DNA from: Okamejei kenojei
Taxonomy: Eukaryota
Assembly (NCBI GenBank): GCA_035221665.1
Contig: CM069134.1
Location: 91,140,001 to 91,204,000, forward strand
Direction of reading: 5' to 3'
DNA: 64,000 bases
Under the pieces are notes generated by a model. The model made no database searches. It worked only from the letters and a program-made list of their open reading frames with translations, and was not told where the DNA came from. Position numbers and translations under genes: made by a program. This document shows positions 63,059-64,000 of this stretch, piece after piece. The first letter of the stretch is position 1. Every line of letters begins with the position of its first letter.

Positions 63059-63827
63059 ATAGAATTAGAATTAGAATTAGAATGCCTTTATTGCCATTCA
63101 AAGATACAAAGGTTTGAACAAAATATTCCCTTCAGTCATAACAGCAAAAAAAACCCGTACAATGTACACAGTTCCACACAAACATCCATCCCAGTGAATC
63201 TCCAAACACCACCTCACTGTAATGGAAGTCAAAAGTCTTATCTTTTCCCTGTTCTTCTCCCGCAGTCAGGCAGACATACTGCTGCATCGAGGCGATCAAG
63301 GCTCTTGATGTTAAAGCCCCCAGCGGGTGATGGTAAATCCCGCGGCCGATTAAGCTGTGCTGGGCAATGCAAGGCCCTGCGATGGCCGGTTCAAACCCTG
63401 CGATTCGGGGCGGGCCAAGTTGTCATTGTGGGAGCTCCCGAAAATCGGTCTCCCACCAGGGACCTGCGAGCTCCCGATTTTACTGTCCACAGGGCCTGCA
63501 GCCAAAGCCTCCGAAGCTCCGAAGTCGGGTCGCAGCCGCAGTGCCACCACAGCCTCCGGTCAGCCAGCACCGTGATGTAAGTCCGCAGGCTCTACGACTG
63601 GAGCCCTCGGGTCGATTCCGGTTAGAGGCCGCCGGCTCCACGATGTTATGCCCCAGCGAAATGGAGACACGACAAGGAAAAGGTTGCGTCCCCGTTCAAG
63701 GAAGAGATTAAAACATTCCCCCCCCCCCCCCTCCACCCCCCCCCCACATTTACACAACTAAAAATGAAAAGAAAGATAAAAAGACAGACGGACTGCAGGC
63801 GAGCTGCATCCTCAAGGCACCGCCACA
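63059..63827 (-). mobile_element. Non-autonomous GC-rich retroelement with Rex/Babar-like 3' end (copy B)
   Basis: (AGAATT)n tail and CCTTTATTGCCATTCA at 63060-63100; head GACTGCAGGCGAGC...CACCGCCAC matches 4949-4992 in reverse. Confidence 0.75.
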
Positions 63828-64000
63828 GAGATAAAGAGAGTGTGTGCGCACATTTGAGACAGAGTGTATGTAAGAGAGAGAGTTTGTGTGTGTGTACAGT
63901 TATACACGAGGCCTAACAACAGGGAAAAGAGCAGGTTAAATAAGAGCGGTAAATAATGCTAATGATGTAATCAACTTGATGTTTTTTTCTCTCCAATGAT

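Noticed and set aside
62978-63757. 200-aa and other ORFs near the right end
   Set aside because: They lie within the GC-rich non-autonomous repeat (copy B); no protein motif.

Overview
Vertebrate genomic DNA, very probably from a cartilaginous fish (ray or skate), judged from its repeat families (HER1-type CR1 LINEs, HE1-type V-SINEs, Deu-domain SINEs). It holds one protein-coding gene, tfap2a (AP-2 alpha), on the + strand. The gene has three alternative first coding exons (1c at 15307, 1a at 19385, 1b at 21496) and six shared exons (21762-32389). The 1a isoform is 437 aa, and intron 3 uses a non-canonical GC donor. The gene lies in a ~28 kb CpG-retaining, almost transposon-free domain (~9.3-37.2 kb). 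The flanks are dense with nested mobile elements: CR1 LINEs, a dead full-length Tc1, a head-to-tail Helitron-like array, a hAT MITE, a non-autonomous Rex/Babar-tailed family, and Penelope-type repeats carrying minimal hammerhead-ribozyme cores. No RNA genes or CRISPR arrays were found. I cannot show a wholly new biological system from the sequence alone. The best leads are the hammerhead-bearing repeats, the GC-AG intron, an exact 20-mer flanking exon 4, a possible 27-nt microexon and a downstream AP-2/TCF site cluster. All calls were made by eye, and family names rest on recalled consensus, not database searches.
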